Source: Amphiscolops sp. MND2022
Taxonomy: Eukaryota
Assembly: GCA_964187785.1 (NCBI GenBank)
Contig: OZ076421.1
Coordinates: 52,018,001 to 52,082,000 of the forward strand
Direction of reading: 5' to 3'
DNA: 64,000 nucleotides
Shown: piece by piece, positions 36,907-50,100 of the stretch
Numbering within the stretch: position 1 is the first letter of the stretch
How the letters are laid out: each line of letters opens with the position of its first letter
Translations under genes and position numbers: made by a program
Notes under the pieces: generated by a model
Database searches by the model: none
What the model was told of the DNA's origin: nothing
Seen by the model: the letters and a program-made list of their open reading frames with translations, nothing else

Positions 36907-37959
36907 AAGAATTTTGAAAACTTAAGTCAAGTATTCAAAATGTTATTTTTCACCAAGCAAATGGAAGCGTTCGTCTAAACCGGGTCACAATCAGTTTTGG
37001 TCTCAAAATACTCTTGAATTGTCCGAAACGAGTCAGTAAACCAGTGAAAAGCAAATGTATATGTACAGTTTTACACCATATACAAGTTACTTTTGTTTAG
37101 AACGGATTAAATTGACGCCTGTTTTAATGGAAACCGGGAAGTCATTCAAAAGTCCATACCACAAATCCTGGTAACAGTACGCTAATGACTATAATAAAAA
37201 AACATAACACTATTGACAAGTTCGATATTTACAGGTATATAAACAAATAATAGCTTAAAATGGACCTGAAACATGATAACTTTTCGCGGACTCCCCTTTG
37301 TTAATGTAGTAAGTTACATTATTGAGATAGTGAAGTTGATGCATTTTATTAGGTTCAAGTAGGAGAAAAATTGGATAAAATAGAAAAAATCGGTGTAGAA
37401 TTTGAAAAGATGAAAAAGTAAAAATAACTTTCATAACGAAACAAAAAGATTTTCGAAAAAACTGTAAAAAATTCTAAAAATGTTGATGAAAAAGCTTGAA
37501 AAGTAAAAACAATCCACACTTTCCAATATTGAAAGTGTTTTTTGGTTTCATTTTGTTTTTTTTTGTTATTTGTTTTGTTTTGGGTTTTGTTTTATTTTTT
37601 TGTTTTTTTTGGGGGGGGGATTTACAGAATTATACATATTTTTTTTGGTTTTGTATACTGATAAACAGCCTTTTTTGTTTTTTTGGAATTTCTGGTTTTT
37701 TCTTTCGACCCAGAAACCTTGGCAAACTGGGCGCAAATTGTGAGACAGCTGCTTCGTGTCCAGGTTGAAGCGAGGACGTAGACAAGCACAACTTTTTCCG
37801 CGAAGACAGCTGGCAATCCTGCGAGCAGGCCAGGTTTCCTCTCCATCTCTTCCACGTCGCCAGAAACCTAATTAAAAGAAAAAGGCGGAAAAGAAGAAAA
37901 AAGAGAGGAAAAAAGTCAGTTTAAGCACCTAAAGGGCTTAAACTGACAAAGCGCAAGTT

Positions 37960-39110
37960 TTAAGAATCTAGATCTTGTTTATGAAAAAAGCGAATTATTC
38001 TGTCCAGGGACAAGTTTAAAGACAATTGTGTCTGATGGGCGCTGTCGTTAACTTTGAAGGCTGAATTGCTGAGTTTGAAATCGAAATAATGGAAAAAGTT
38101 ATCTCTCAGCAAGCGGTTAAATTCATTATCCAGAGATATTGCAGGGGATGTCGTGGCTTCTTCTGTTTGATTGGATGATGGCTCAATTTTTTTCTCGTCA
38201 CTTTTTCTCCGCCTACATAAAACAACAACAAATCGACAGTCTTTAGCATTTGCTTTTCTCTCTAATAATTTTAGGCAATGAAGGACTTTTGACGGAGACA
38301 GAGGTTTATGTACACTGGGATTTAGCCAGGGGGCAACTGTTAGGCTATTCATAACAATGTCCAGGTAAAATACGATAGTCGATGGATTACAATTTAGAGC
38401 CTGTTGGAATAAAGTTTTAGCCTCTTTTTAGTCGGCGCTTTTCTTAAGAAAAGAGCCCGACTATTACAGTCACTCGTTTTTTTTCTTTTTTTTATTTAAG
38501 ACAGACTCGAAGCGACGAACGTTAAAATTAACGTTCAACTACTAAATACAGTACTACTAAAATACTGGCAGCGCATTTGAGATAGTGCAAAGGGTCCCCC
38601 CTTTCAGTAAGTCCATTTTTATCGTAAGATACAAAACAGGACGAGACTATAGGGTCCCCCCTTTGTGTTTTTTTCGGCACTGTGCGACTTTTCGAAATTT
38701 TTTTTTGTCCCCAAAGGGTCCCCCCTTCGAGTTTTTTGTTATTTTGCAACGGAATGTATGTTAATAAATCCAGAAGGATCCCCCTTGTACATTTTTCGGC
38801 ACTATGCGACTTTTTTTGAAAGAAAAAAATTTTTCAAAAATTTCAATTTTTTCCAAAATTTTTTTGCGCTTTTTGAGTCTTAGATATGGCGCCGACTTTA
38901 GACGTTCCCGTCTTGTTCAAAATTGCTGTGATAAAACAGCTCCTGGTTTTGCAAAAATTTTAAAATCGATGTAGTCCGGAATTCCTGTAATGTGGCTGTG
39001 AGGGGCTGAACAACTTTGAGTGTCGCAGTTGCAGACAACCAAGGGCAGCTTCTGAAAAGGAACGAGGTTGCTGGCACCGACGACGACAATTTTTGGAGCT
39101 TCCGTTTGAT
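37960..39110 (-). pseudogene. SGNH-like gene interrupted by a HINE-like insertion
   Basis: IVVVGASNL...KPG...HSNFE|KEAKTLF...YLDIVMNSLT...FKVNDSAHQ. Reading rejoins across 38428-38917. Confidence 0.75.
38428..38917 (+). mobile_element. DINE-1/HINE-like non-autonomous Helentron
   Basis: 5' subTIR plus inverted copy (AGTCGGCGC-TTTTCTTAAGAAAA-GAGCCCGACT), internal AGGGTCCCCC repeats of about 62 bp, 3' subTIR GCGCCGACT, stem-loop GACG-TTCC-CGTC. Inserted in a T-run without a clear TSD. Confidence 0.75.
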
Positions 39111-39599
39111 CTGAAGACAAATACAACGTTCTTTGAATAGCTTGAGGAAGTCTTATGCCAACTTTCAGCCAAAGCGCGGGCTCGTTCAGAAAAGCAAGAG
39201 GAGACTGCGCGAAAGGCCTTATGTTTTTTTCTTATCTCGAGCGGGGCCCTACATCGCTATCCAAGTTTTAGCGGACAGAAATGGAGCAATCACCTAGACG
39301 TGGACGGCTGATGAGAGTAAAGAATGCAGGAAAGTGTTCAAAAGAGAAAAATTCTGCGGGACTCAAACAATCAATTATTGATGTTGGGTTTTTTTCTCCA
39401 AAAACTCAGTTTCCCGGTTGCTGTAGAAAATTGTAATAAATAAAATGTAAATTGTTCAAATAGAATTGAAGTTTAATTGCGGAGAGTGGATGACTGCTCT
39501 AAGGGCGACAAGCCACTCAAGCGCAACAGCGCTCAGAAAAAATGTTTTCCACTACTAGTAACCGGCACCGCTGAAGCTTTCGTTTTCCACACCCTTAAG

Positions 39600-41107
39600 C
39601 TGTTTCACCCTCATAACACAACAGCTTCTTCATCAGTCAATGGTTTTTCCGGTTGGAGGGAGCAAACGTGGAACCGCTTGCTCTCCAAGGTTGTGCCATC
39701 ATCATCATTTGCAGGCTTGAACCAGCCTATGATACGGAACCCTTCAGCAGCATTTAATTGGTTGACCATTTTTTCGGACACTGTCATCCAAATTGAATCG
39801 GTCAATCAGCTCCGAATCTGGTTTCATAGCCTTAACAATGGTGCCGACAAAGACCATTGTGGCCGAATTTGAATAAAATTCAACGAGATCATCATTTTTG
39901 GTGGCCTGGGTGATCTCTGTACATTTGAACTCAAATAATACAACCCATGTTTTTTGTGGTGCGGACTCGGTACAAGGGCACTACTCATGAAAAGTTTGAG
40001 CATCACGCACCTTAACGCTGCATACATCTTCCGCAATGACGGCCGAGTCCATAGCCAGCGTTTTTGTTACGGAGCTAAAGTATCTGAATTCACCCGAGGT
40101 GGCTTCAACATCATAGGGGGGCAACGTTTTTGAAGTTTTTGAGACGTTCTTTTGTGCTTATCAAAGCAGTGCCTCCACGACGCAGGCTTCCTTCAATGTT
40201 TGCTTTCATTATCTCCACTTGGTAGCCAGGAGATAACGCCTCGTTGTAACAGTACAACCTTCTAGTTTTTTCATTGTTCCCAGAGAAAAGTGCCAGTACC
40301 ATTGAGGATCCTGGCACGCTGAAAACCACAAACCTGTGATAGCTTTCGACTTCAATCTTTCGACTGCTGCCTCAATTTTTGCTGGATTCAGTGAACATGA
40401 GTTTTTTGTGGGTTGCGTTGCGTAGAGATAAGTAGCTCGGATTTTGTGCAGTCGCGGCTCACGGCTCATGGAAGGTGTGCCCGACATGAAGTGTTCCGTA
40501 ACTCACGTTTTCAGTGATAACAGCTGAATCTACCTTGAGGTCCTTTGTAACAAACGAGAAATACTTATATTCGAGCGAAATTCCCTCAACATCATATGGG
40601 AGAAGGCATGAGGGGTTATTGGGGGCACTAATTGGGTCTAGTGGCTCCCTTGTTGTTATTAGGGGATTCGATCCCCCAGCTAATTGTCCCTCGAGGTTGG
40701 GTTTCGGAACTACTACTTCTGTACCAGGTCTTATTTTTCTTGTAGCGAAGCAGCCTCCTTGTTTCTTCTCTTGTCTGTGTAAACATGGTCAGCACGGTAG
40801 GGGTACCAGGTACCCTAGGACAAAGTATCGATGGTATCTCTCCATCTCTAACTTCTGAGCCTGGTTGAACCCTTTGCTGTACTTTGAAAAAACCAATTTC
40901 GTCTGTGGCTGGGGAATGTACACTAAACAGGCACTTTTATGAACCATTTTGCTTTTGAACAGCATGAAAACAGGGTTACTGGTAAACTGTATTTGATCGA
41001 CAAATGGAGGTTAACCTAAATTTCACTGTGTACCCATTACCGAACTGTTGATACACAAACTGTGTTGGAATCTTTTCCACAGGACATCTCGTAAGTATTA
41101 TTTTCAT
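39600..41107 (-). pseudogene. Two joined OB/Zn-like gene copies of different subfamilies (41107-40500 and 40487-39600)
   Basis: ERYHRYFV...RPG...KPNLEGQL...TREPL...PYDVEG...FSFVTK is followed by LHKIRATYLYATQP...GWFKPA. Confidence 0.7.
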
Positions 41108-41931
41108 TTTTTTCTCGAATAGAAAACGTTTTCGGAAACTGAATGAATACTGCAACATGTATCTGCCGAGTTTTGAATGGGCATAAAAAGCAAAAGGCTT
41201 TAAACACTAAACTAAACACAAGCTATGGAGAAGCATAAGTGCAGATGAGAGTTTTAGAAGTTACGAATCCGGAGAAAAACTTGAAAAAGGTAAAGATTTT
41301 CATGTCGAAAGAGTTCTTATCGAAAGTTTTAGTTGAGAATCTATATTTGAGAATCTATATGTTCAAGAAAAATTGGAATCGTTCGAGGAAGGCTAAATGT
41401 TTTAATTTGCTTTAGAAAGCGTGGAAAAGAATAAAATTAGAAAAACTGGAAAGGTTTGTTCGAGTTTTCAAGTTTTCAGGATTTTTAGGGATTGCATTTT
41501 TGCTTTTGTTTGAGTTTTTCTCTTTTTTTAAGTTTTTTATTTTGAGGTTTTCTTTTGTTTTTCAATTTTTCGTGTTTTTTTTCGAATTTGGGTTTTGTTT
41601 CATTTTGGGTTTTGGTTTATTTTTTTGTTAAAGGGTGTTTTTGGATTTTTTTTTGGTGTTTTACTCTAGTTTTATGATTTTTTTTGGAATTTCTTTGTTT
41701 TCGATTTGTGAGACAGCTGCTTCGGGTCCAGGATGCAGCAAGGACGTAGAACAACCACAACTTTTTCCGCGAAGACAGCTGGCAACCCTGCGAGCAGGCC
41801 AGGTTTCCTCTCCCCTTCCACGTCGCCAGAACCCTAATAAAAAGAAAAAGGCGGAAAAGAAGAAGAAAGAGAGAAAAAGGGGCCAGTTGAAGACGCGAAA
41901 GCGATTTAACTGACAAAGCAGAAGCAATATT

Positions 41932-42550
41932 TCAAAGTCTTTTAAAGAAACGATTTATTCGGCCAAGAGACGAATTTTTCGATTGTTGGCTTTGGTGCTC
42001 CCCCTCGTTCGTCTTGAAAGATGCCTTGGAGTTCAAGATCGGAATAATGGAAAAAAGTTTCTCCCAAAAGTCTATTCCTTTTGTTGTCAAAATTGTATAA
42101 TTCTCTTGGTTCCTCGACAGGGTACCGGAAAGTAGATGGTGGTAATTTTTCTCTGTATGATCTTTTGCACGGCACAAAACTGAAACAAAATTACAGTAGC
42201 GTTTGCTTTTCTCTCTAAAACGAACACTTTTCTCAAAACTTCCTCAGGTGTTAACAGCGGTGCATGTGATTGCCAAGGGGGACTTGTGAGACTGTTCATA
42301 AGGATGTCCATGTAGGAAACAATTGTTCTGGGATTTAATGCAAGTGCTTTTCTGAACAATTTTCAAGCAGACTTTTCTGGATTTCTGTGACAAAACTTAG
42401 CCCCTGGAAGAGCAATTTTTGTGAAGCGTGCATTCCGGGGTATGTTAGTGAGATGTGGCATTCTGAGATTTTGCAATTGCAGGCAACGAGAGGCTGTTTG
42501 TTGAAGATGAGGTTACTGGCAGCAACTATCACAAGACTTGGAGTGTTCAT
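41932..42550 (-). pseudogene. SGNH-like gene, satellite-type subfamily
   Basis: MNTPSLVIVAASNL...LPG...YMDILMNSLT...FKTNEGEHQ. Frameshifted. Confidence 0.7.
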
Positions 42551-44619
42551 TTTGATCTACAATACGAGGACTATCAGTTAAGGCTCCCAATGATATGCAG
42601 CGACCATGCCGAACATTGAAATTTGGACAACATAATCACTACAGCCTATTCTAAACCTACTACCTTTCAAAAAAGTGAAGTACAAAAAACATGTCATATT
42701 TTTTATAATCTTTTCCCAAATCTTGTTTTCGTGTTGTGGAACGTCTTCATCTTCTCTTCTTCCTCTGGACGCTCTACTATAAATATTACTATAATAGATA
42801 TTAATTATTCTCATCTTCGAAATTTTTTTCGTCTTCATCTGGACGTTCTAGTATAAACACTACTTTGATTGTTGCCAAAAACGTCTCAATGCTCAACCCC
42901 ACTCATTCTCACTATGAAAGGAAAAGACAGCTGGCAATCCTGCGAGCAGGCCAGGTACAGCATAATCACTACAGCCTATTCTAAACCTACAACTTTTCAA
43001 AAAGTGAAGTACAAAAAACATGTCAGATTTATTATAATCTTTTCACAAATCTTGTTTTCGTGTTGTGGAACGTCTTCATCTTCTTTTCTTCTTCCTCTAG
43101 ACGCTCTACTATAATTATTACTATAATAGATATTAATTATTCTCATCTTCGGAATCTTCTTTTCTTCGTTCTTCTTCTGGGCGTTCTTTTATAATTATTA
43201 CTATAATAAATAATAATTCTCATCTTCCGAATCTTCTTTCTTCTTCTGGACGCTGTATTATAAATACTACTATAATAGATGTTAATTGTTCTCATCTTTT
43301 TTTCTTCTTCCTCTGGACGCTCTAATATAAACACTACTTTGATTGTTGCCAAAAACGTCTCAATGCTCAACCCCACTCATTCTCACTATGAAAGGAAAAA
43401 GATTGGTTAGGTTTTAGAAGAAAGTCAAATAATGTCTTTGTCTTGAAGTTTTATTTTAAAAAAGTCGAAGTTGAAAGTCAGTTTTGGGAAATTTTGTTTT
43501 GGTCTAATAAGTCACATTTTGGAATCACGGTCTGTTTTTATCATTGAGAGTGGGTCAGCGTGGAAGGCTCAGAAGGGCTACACGCGCTGCTACACTGGTT
43601 ATACATTTTTTTCATTTCGAATTTAAACTTTATGTATAAGTCAAACATTAGAGTGAATAGGCAAGCTTAATTTGCTCAAAGCGCAATTTGTGCTTTCAAT
43701 ACCTCGGATTCCACGACCAAACCTTTAACCGTGCACAATTGACAAATTACGTCATAAGTCCCGGATTCCACAAACAAGCATTCCACGGACAAGCAGCGGA
43801 ATTTTCGTGTCCCGGATTCCACGACAAGCAGCAAAATAGCTTGCCTATGCACTGTAATGAAAGGACTACACAAGCTTCTACACTGTAGGACTTGCTGCTA
43901 GATTGTCATCATCTGTTCTGCTTCAGCTGCACCATCGTCTGCTGTCCGCTACATCATTCTTCATCGTCTTCTTCTTTAACTGCATCGCTGTTATTCTTAC
44001 TAGGTTAACCTCATTTTTTGCGGTTGGCTCAAAAGGGCAAAACACAAGGATACACTTTAAAAACAGTATGAAGGTTCTCTCAAGTTCTAGTTTTAAGAGG
44101 CATTTGGCTCAAAAGGGCATGATACCTCGAGGTTACATGATGTTTCAAAGAAACCTTATTTATTTTTTGAATTCAAATTAAGCAATTCTGGAACCACGCG
44201 TGTCGTCGATTCCAGCAACTTAGGTTAATCTTAAGAGACCTGGAACCACGCTCATTGTCGATCCCAGCAAACAAGAACACTAAAGGTCGGACTGATTAAT
44301 TGAAACCTAATGAACCTTGGTGCAATAATTTGTATTGGCGTGGAAGGTTCTAGGGCTACACAAGCGTATACACTGATAATCTGTTGCTGCACCCTTTCGT
44401 TGTCCTGGCTCTATTGTCTTCATCGGCTGTTTGTTCTCCTCGTACACGTTAAAAACTTCTAACTTTGGAAACCCAACAACATACATCCTACAGCATTTTA
44501 ACGGCACTAAACGAGCTCAAAACCCTACAGTAACAACCTCCACCTTTTTCATCCAATGGAGAGGGCACTAGGGCTACAAACATAGAATGCAAAGAGTTCT
44601 TGAGGCTGCGCAGTGACTA

Positions 44620-45580
44620 TCTACTTTTTTCTCCTAAAGTTAAGGAAGTACTCATTCAACATAAAAATTAACACTCGCTCTAAGTCTATACGGGAACATT
44701 CGGAGTCAAAATTACAAACAAACGCGGCAATGGCACATGGTAACCGATGCGATAAATTTGTGAAATTTGATCCGATCCATTTCCGCAGTTATGTTCCAAG
44801 AAACGTACTAAAAGGCGCGTTTAGTTTGTGACCTACTTAGAAAGTTTGAGGTGAGCACTGGTTGGCACTGATTAGCAAATAGACAAAACCATTAAGTGTT
44901 TTCAGGTATTGTTTTAATAAAATGAACGTAGGACTTTCTAAAGATATAAATAGGTTTTACAACAGATCGTTACCTTGAAATAGTTCTTATTTTGTCAAGT
45001 AAAGTCAACATTTGTTCTTCGTTTCGATCCTTTCCCTGGAAAGGTGTTTTTTCAAGGCGCCCATCGTAGCTGTTTCATCTCCGACAAAAGTTAGTTTGTT
45101 TCACAAAAGTTTCACACGACTAACAATGACGAAAATTTGCGACGTCATCCATGAGACATATCTCTTATCCGTTGCCGAGATGGACGTTACCAGCTTAACA
45201 AACGTATCACCCATTAGCTTATGTGTTGTCAGAGCAACAAAGTTCATTAGGGAAATCTGGGTTCGTCTAGCGGTTTTTCTTGAACGCTTGTACAAAGCCA
45301 GTTTGCCTGGTTAAAGTCACACTCCTCCAGGTCAAGTATTTTTCGCGTTGCAACATCTCAGGGGTTATGGTTACCTCACCACTGCTACTATCTGGGACGT
45401 AAGTTGTGACTGAGTCACCTGTAGGAACGTGATAAACAACTCCGACCTGTCAGTGGGAAATTTGCTCAGATTCCAAATTGACTGTGACCCTAACTAAAGC
45501 GTTTGGGTAAACAATTAGCTGCTTAGTTTAGTTTACCTTGTCGTTCAGATGGTTAGGGACTTGACGAGAGGCTGTCTGAC
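44620..45580 (-). pseudogene. Second helicase-C-terminus + GIY-YIG remnant
   Basis: THKLMGDT...IFVIVSRVK...TFVG, then PIYIFRKSYVHFIKTIP and GFVYLLIS...HRLPCAIAAFVCNF. Confidence 0.8.
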
Positions 45581-46154
45581 TTAGACGTGGACGGCTGATA
45601 AGAGATTCCAGAAGGCAGGAAAGTTAAAAAATTAAAATACTTACGTGATTGGAGGAGGATTGATTGCTCTTTATCAATCGATGTTGGTTGAAATGATAAT
45701 TAGTGGGTAATGATGTTCACGAATGCGGAAGAGTTGTCGTTACATTAATTGTCTCGAATTCGAAATTCGCAAACCTGGACCCAAGCTCATCGTCGGATCC
45801 ACCAAATGAGGCTGATGTAATCTAAGTATGCGGGTCTTCAAACAGCGGTAACTACCTGAATAATTGAAGAAAAATAGTTGTCGATTGAAAGAAATTTAAT
45901 TGCTTCTTCTGAGGTGGGTATTCCTTGTAATTTTCCATGAAAGTTATTTTCGCTCATCATTCCAACAAAATGTAATGAAAAAATCAAACACAAAAGACAA
46001 CATGTTTTGTTGACAATTTAAGTTGTAATTAATGCAAGCATACCAAAGCACTCAAGATCTCTCGATTAGCTTAACCTAGCAGCGCGAAATAACTCTGCTG
46101 CAGGTACTACTCACGGAAAAAAGTTATTAGCTGTTAATATTGTTCTAGAAGTTG

Positions 46155-46890
46155 TTAGTTTTGACACCAATTAGTAGAAGCAATAGAAGCAAAAGGGTTG
46201 GTTTCAGACACTCCCTCGTTATTGAGAGCCGCTTGAATAGAGAATTTCTTTTCGGGTGCTAGCATAGATACATTATATCTTTTTTTTTCAGGGGCAGTTA
46301 CCTCGTCGTCGGCAGCCGGTTTAAACCAACCTTCCACTCTAAAACCTTGTCTGTCGAGTCGGTCAGTTTTGTCACTGTCCGCTCTAAGTGTTCTCACGTC
46401 GTTTGTGAGGAATACGGGCGCAATTTTAACAAAATATAAACAGATGTTCTCATCCAAACCGTGAAATTCGGGACATCGAAATTCGATTGAAAGTCCCTAG
46501 GCCTTTTTGGGAGAAGCCTCAATCCAGCCACATGGCTCATGGAAGGTGTGCCCGTCATAAAGTGTTCCGTAACTCACGTTCTGAATCTACCTTGAGGTCT
46601 TTTGTAACAAACGAGAAATACTTATATTCGAGCGAAATTCCCTCAACATCATATGGGAGAATGCATGAGGGGTTATTGGGGGCACTAATTGGGTCTAGGG
46701 ACTCCCTTGTTGTTATTAAGGTATTGGATCCCCAGCTAATTGTCCCTCGAGGTTGGGTTTCGGAACTACTACTTCTGTACCAGGTCTTATTTCTTTCTGG
46801 TAGCGAAGCAGCCTCCTTGTTTCTTCGCTTGTCTGTGTAAACATGGCCAGCACGGTAGGTGTACCAGGTACCCTAGGACAATATATCGAT
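46155..46890 (-). pseudogene. OB/Zn-like gene fragments
   Basis: GFRVEGWFKPA at about 46330. 46530-46890 is nearly identical to 40460-40860. Confidence 0.7.
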
Positions 46891-47139
46891 GGTATATGTG
46901 TTAATTATGATTCTTCTCAATATCTTATTTTTTTCTGATTTTTCTGATTTATCTAATTTCTGATAGTTTTTCTTAATTGATTTTTCTTAATTTTGATTTT
47001 TCTTCTCGGATTTGAGTTTTCTTTTTTGAAGTTTTATTTTGTTTTTCAATTTTTTTTTTCGAATTTGGGTTCAGTTACAGGATGTTTCTTTTGGATATTC
47101 TTTGTTTTCGATTTCTGAGACAGCTGCTTCGGGTCCAGG

Positions 47140-50100
47140 TTGCAGCAAGGACGTAGAGCAAGCACAACTTTTTCCGCGAAGACAGAACCACGTCTTCCAC
47201 GTCTCCAGAACTCTAATAAAAAGAAAAAGGCGGAAAAGAAGAAAGAGAGGAGAAGGATTCAGTTGAAGACGCTAAAGCGCTGAAACTGACAAAGCAGAAG
47301 CAATATATCAAGGTCTTGTAAAGAAACGAATTATTCGGCCAAGAAACGAATTTTTCGATTGTTGGGTTTGGTGCTCCCCCTCGTTCGTCTTCAAAGATGC
47401 CTTGGAGTTTAAGATCGGAATAATGAGAAAAAGTTTCTCCCAAAAGTCTATTCCTTTTGTTGTCAAAATTGTATAATTCTCTTGGTTCCTCGACAGGGTA
47501 CCGGAAAGTAGATGGTGGTAATTTTTCTCTGCATGATCTTTTGCACGGCACAAAACTGAAACAAAATTACAGTCTTTAGCGTTTGCTTTTCTCTCTAAAA
47601 CGAACAATTTTCTCAAAACTTCCTCAGGTGTTAATAGCGGTGCATGTGATCGCCAAGGAGGACTTGTGAGACTGTTCATAAGGATGTCCATGTAAAAAAC
47701 AATTGTTCTGGGATTTAATGCAAGTGCTTTACTGAACAATTTTCAAGCAGACTTTTCTGGATTTCTGTGACAAAACTTAGCCCCTGGAAGAGCAATTTTT
47801 GTGAAGCGTGCATTCCGGGGTATGTTAGTGAGATGTTCTTTTTTTCTGTGGCATTCTGAGGTTTTGCAATTGCAGTCAACGAGAGGCTGTTTGTTGAAGA
47901 TGAAGTTACTGGCACCAACTATCACAAGACTTGGAGTGTTCATTTTGATCTACAATACGAGGACTATCAGTTAAGGCTCCCAGTGATATGCAGCGATCAT
48001 GCCGAGCATTGAAGTTTGTACAACATAATCACTACAGCCTATTCTAAACCTACAACCTTTCAAAAAATTGAAGTAAAAAAACATGTCATATTTATTATAA
48101 TCTTTTCACAAATCTTGTTTTCGTGTTGTGGAACGTCTTCATCTTTTTTCTTCTTCTTCCTCTGGACGCTCTACTATACATAATACTATAATAGATATTA
48201 ACTATTCTCATCTTCCGAATCTTCTTTTCTTCTTTCTTCCTCTGGGCGTTCTATTATAAATATTGCTATAATAAATAATAGTTGTTCTCATCTTCCGAAT
48301 ATTCTTTTCTTCTTTTTTCGTCTGGACGCTCTATTTTAAATATTATTATAGTAAATATTAATTCTCATTTTGCGAATTTTCTCTTCTTTCTTCTTCTGGA
48401 CGCTCTATTATAGATATTAGTATAATGGATATTACTTATTCTCATCTTCGGAATCTTCTTTTCTTCGTTCTTCTTCTGGGCGCTCTATTTTAAATATTAC
48501 TATAAAAAATAATAATTCTAATCTTCTGAATCTTCTTTACTTCTTTCTTCTTTTGGACGCTGTATTAAAAATTTTACTATAATAGATTTTAATTATTCTC
48601 ATCTTCGGATTTTTTTTTCGTCTTCATCTGGACGCTCTAGTCTAAACACTACTTTGATTGTTGCCAAAAACGTCTCAATGCTCAACCCCACTCATTCTCA
48701 CTATGAAAGGAAAAGACAGCTGGCAATCCTGCGCGCAGGCCAGGTTTCCTCTCTTTTTCCACGTCGCCAGAACCCTAATAAAAAGAAAAAGGCGGAAAAG
48801 AAGAAGAAAAAGAGGAAAAGGGGTCAGTTGAAGACGCGAAAGCGCTTAAACTGACAAAGCAGAAGCAATATATCAAGGTCTTGTAAAGAAACGAATTATT
48901 CGGCCAAGAAACGAATTTTTCGATTGTTGGATTTGGTGCGCCTCGTCGTTCGTCTTGAAAGATGCATTGGAGAGTTTAAGATCGAAATAATGAAAAAAAG
49001 TTTCTCAAAAGTCTGTTCATTTTGTTGTCAAATCGGTATAATTCTCTCGGTTCCTCGACAGGGTACCGGAAAGTAGATGGTGGTAAATTTTCTCTGTATG
49101 ATCTTTTGCACGGCACAAAACCGAAACAAAATTACAGTCTTTAGCGTTTGCTTTTCTCTCTAAAACGAACAGTTTTCTCAAAACTTTCTCAGGTGTTAAC
49201 AGCGGTGCATGTGATTGCCAAGGAGGACTTGTGAGACTGTTCATAAGGATGTCCATGTAGGAAACAATTGTTCTGGGATTTAATGCAAGTGCTTTACTGA
49301 ACAATTTTCCAGCAGACTTTTCTGGATTTCTGTGACAAAACTTAGCCCCTGGAAGAGCAATTTTTGTGAAGCTTGCATTCCGGGGTATGTTAGTGAGATG
49401 TTCTTTTCTGTGGCATTCTGAGGTTTTGCAATTGCAGGCAACGAGAGGCTGTTTGTTGAAGATGAGGTTACTGGCACCAACTATCACAAGACTTGGAGTG
49501 TTCGTTTTGATCTACAATACGAGGACTATCAGTTAAGGCTCCCAGTGATATGCAGCGATCATGCCGAGCATTGAAATTTGTACCACATTATCACTACAGC
49601 CTATTCTAAACCTACAACCTTTCAAAAAAGTGAAGTACAAAAAACATGTCATATTTATTATAATCTTTTCACAAATCTTGTTTTTGTGTTGTGGAACGTC
49701 TTCATCTTTTTTTCTTCTTCCTCTGGACGCTCTACTATACATATTACTATAATAGATATTAACTATTTTCATCTTCCGAATCTTCTTTTCTTTCTTCTTC
49801 TGGGCGTTCTCTTATAAATATTGCAATAATAAATAATAATTGTTCTCATCTTCCGAATCTTCTTTTCTTCTTTTTTCTTCTGGACGCTCTATTTTAAATA
49901 TTACTATAGAAAATAATAATTCTCATTTTGCGAATCTTCTCTTCTTTCTTCTTCTGAACGCTCTATTATAGATATTAGTATAATGGATATTAATTATTCT
50001 CATCTTCGGAATCTTCTTTTTTTCGTTCTTCTTCTGGGCGCTCTATTTTAAATATTACTATAAAAAATATTTATTCTAATCTTCCGAATCTTCTTTACTT

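Noticed and set aside
43690-43830. Three GGATTCCAC-containing short repeats as a regulatory array
   Set aside because: Short, irregular and not found at the equivalent position of other units.
48100-48660. About 77-bp subrepeats as a CRISPR-like array
   Set aside because: There are no unique spacers, the units are degenerate tandem copies, the context is eukaryotic and there are no cas genes.
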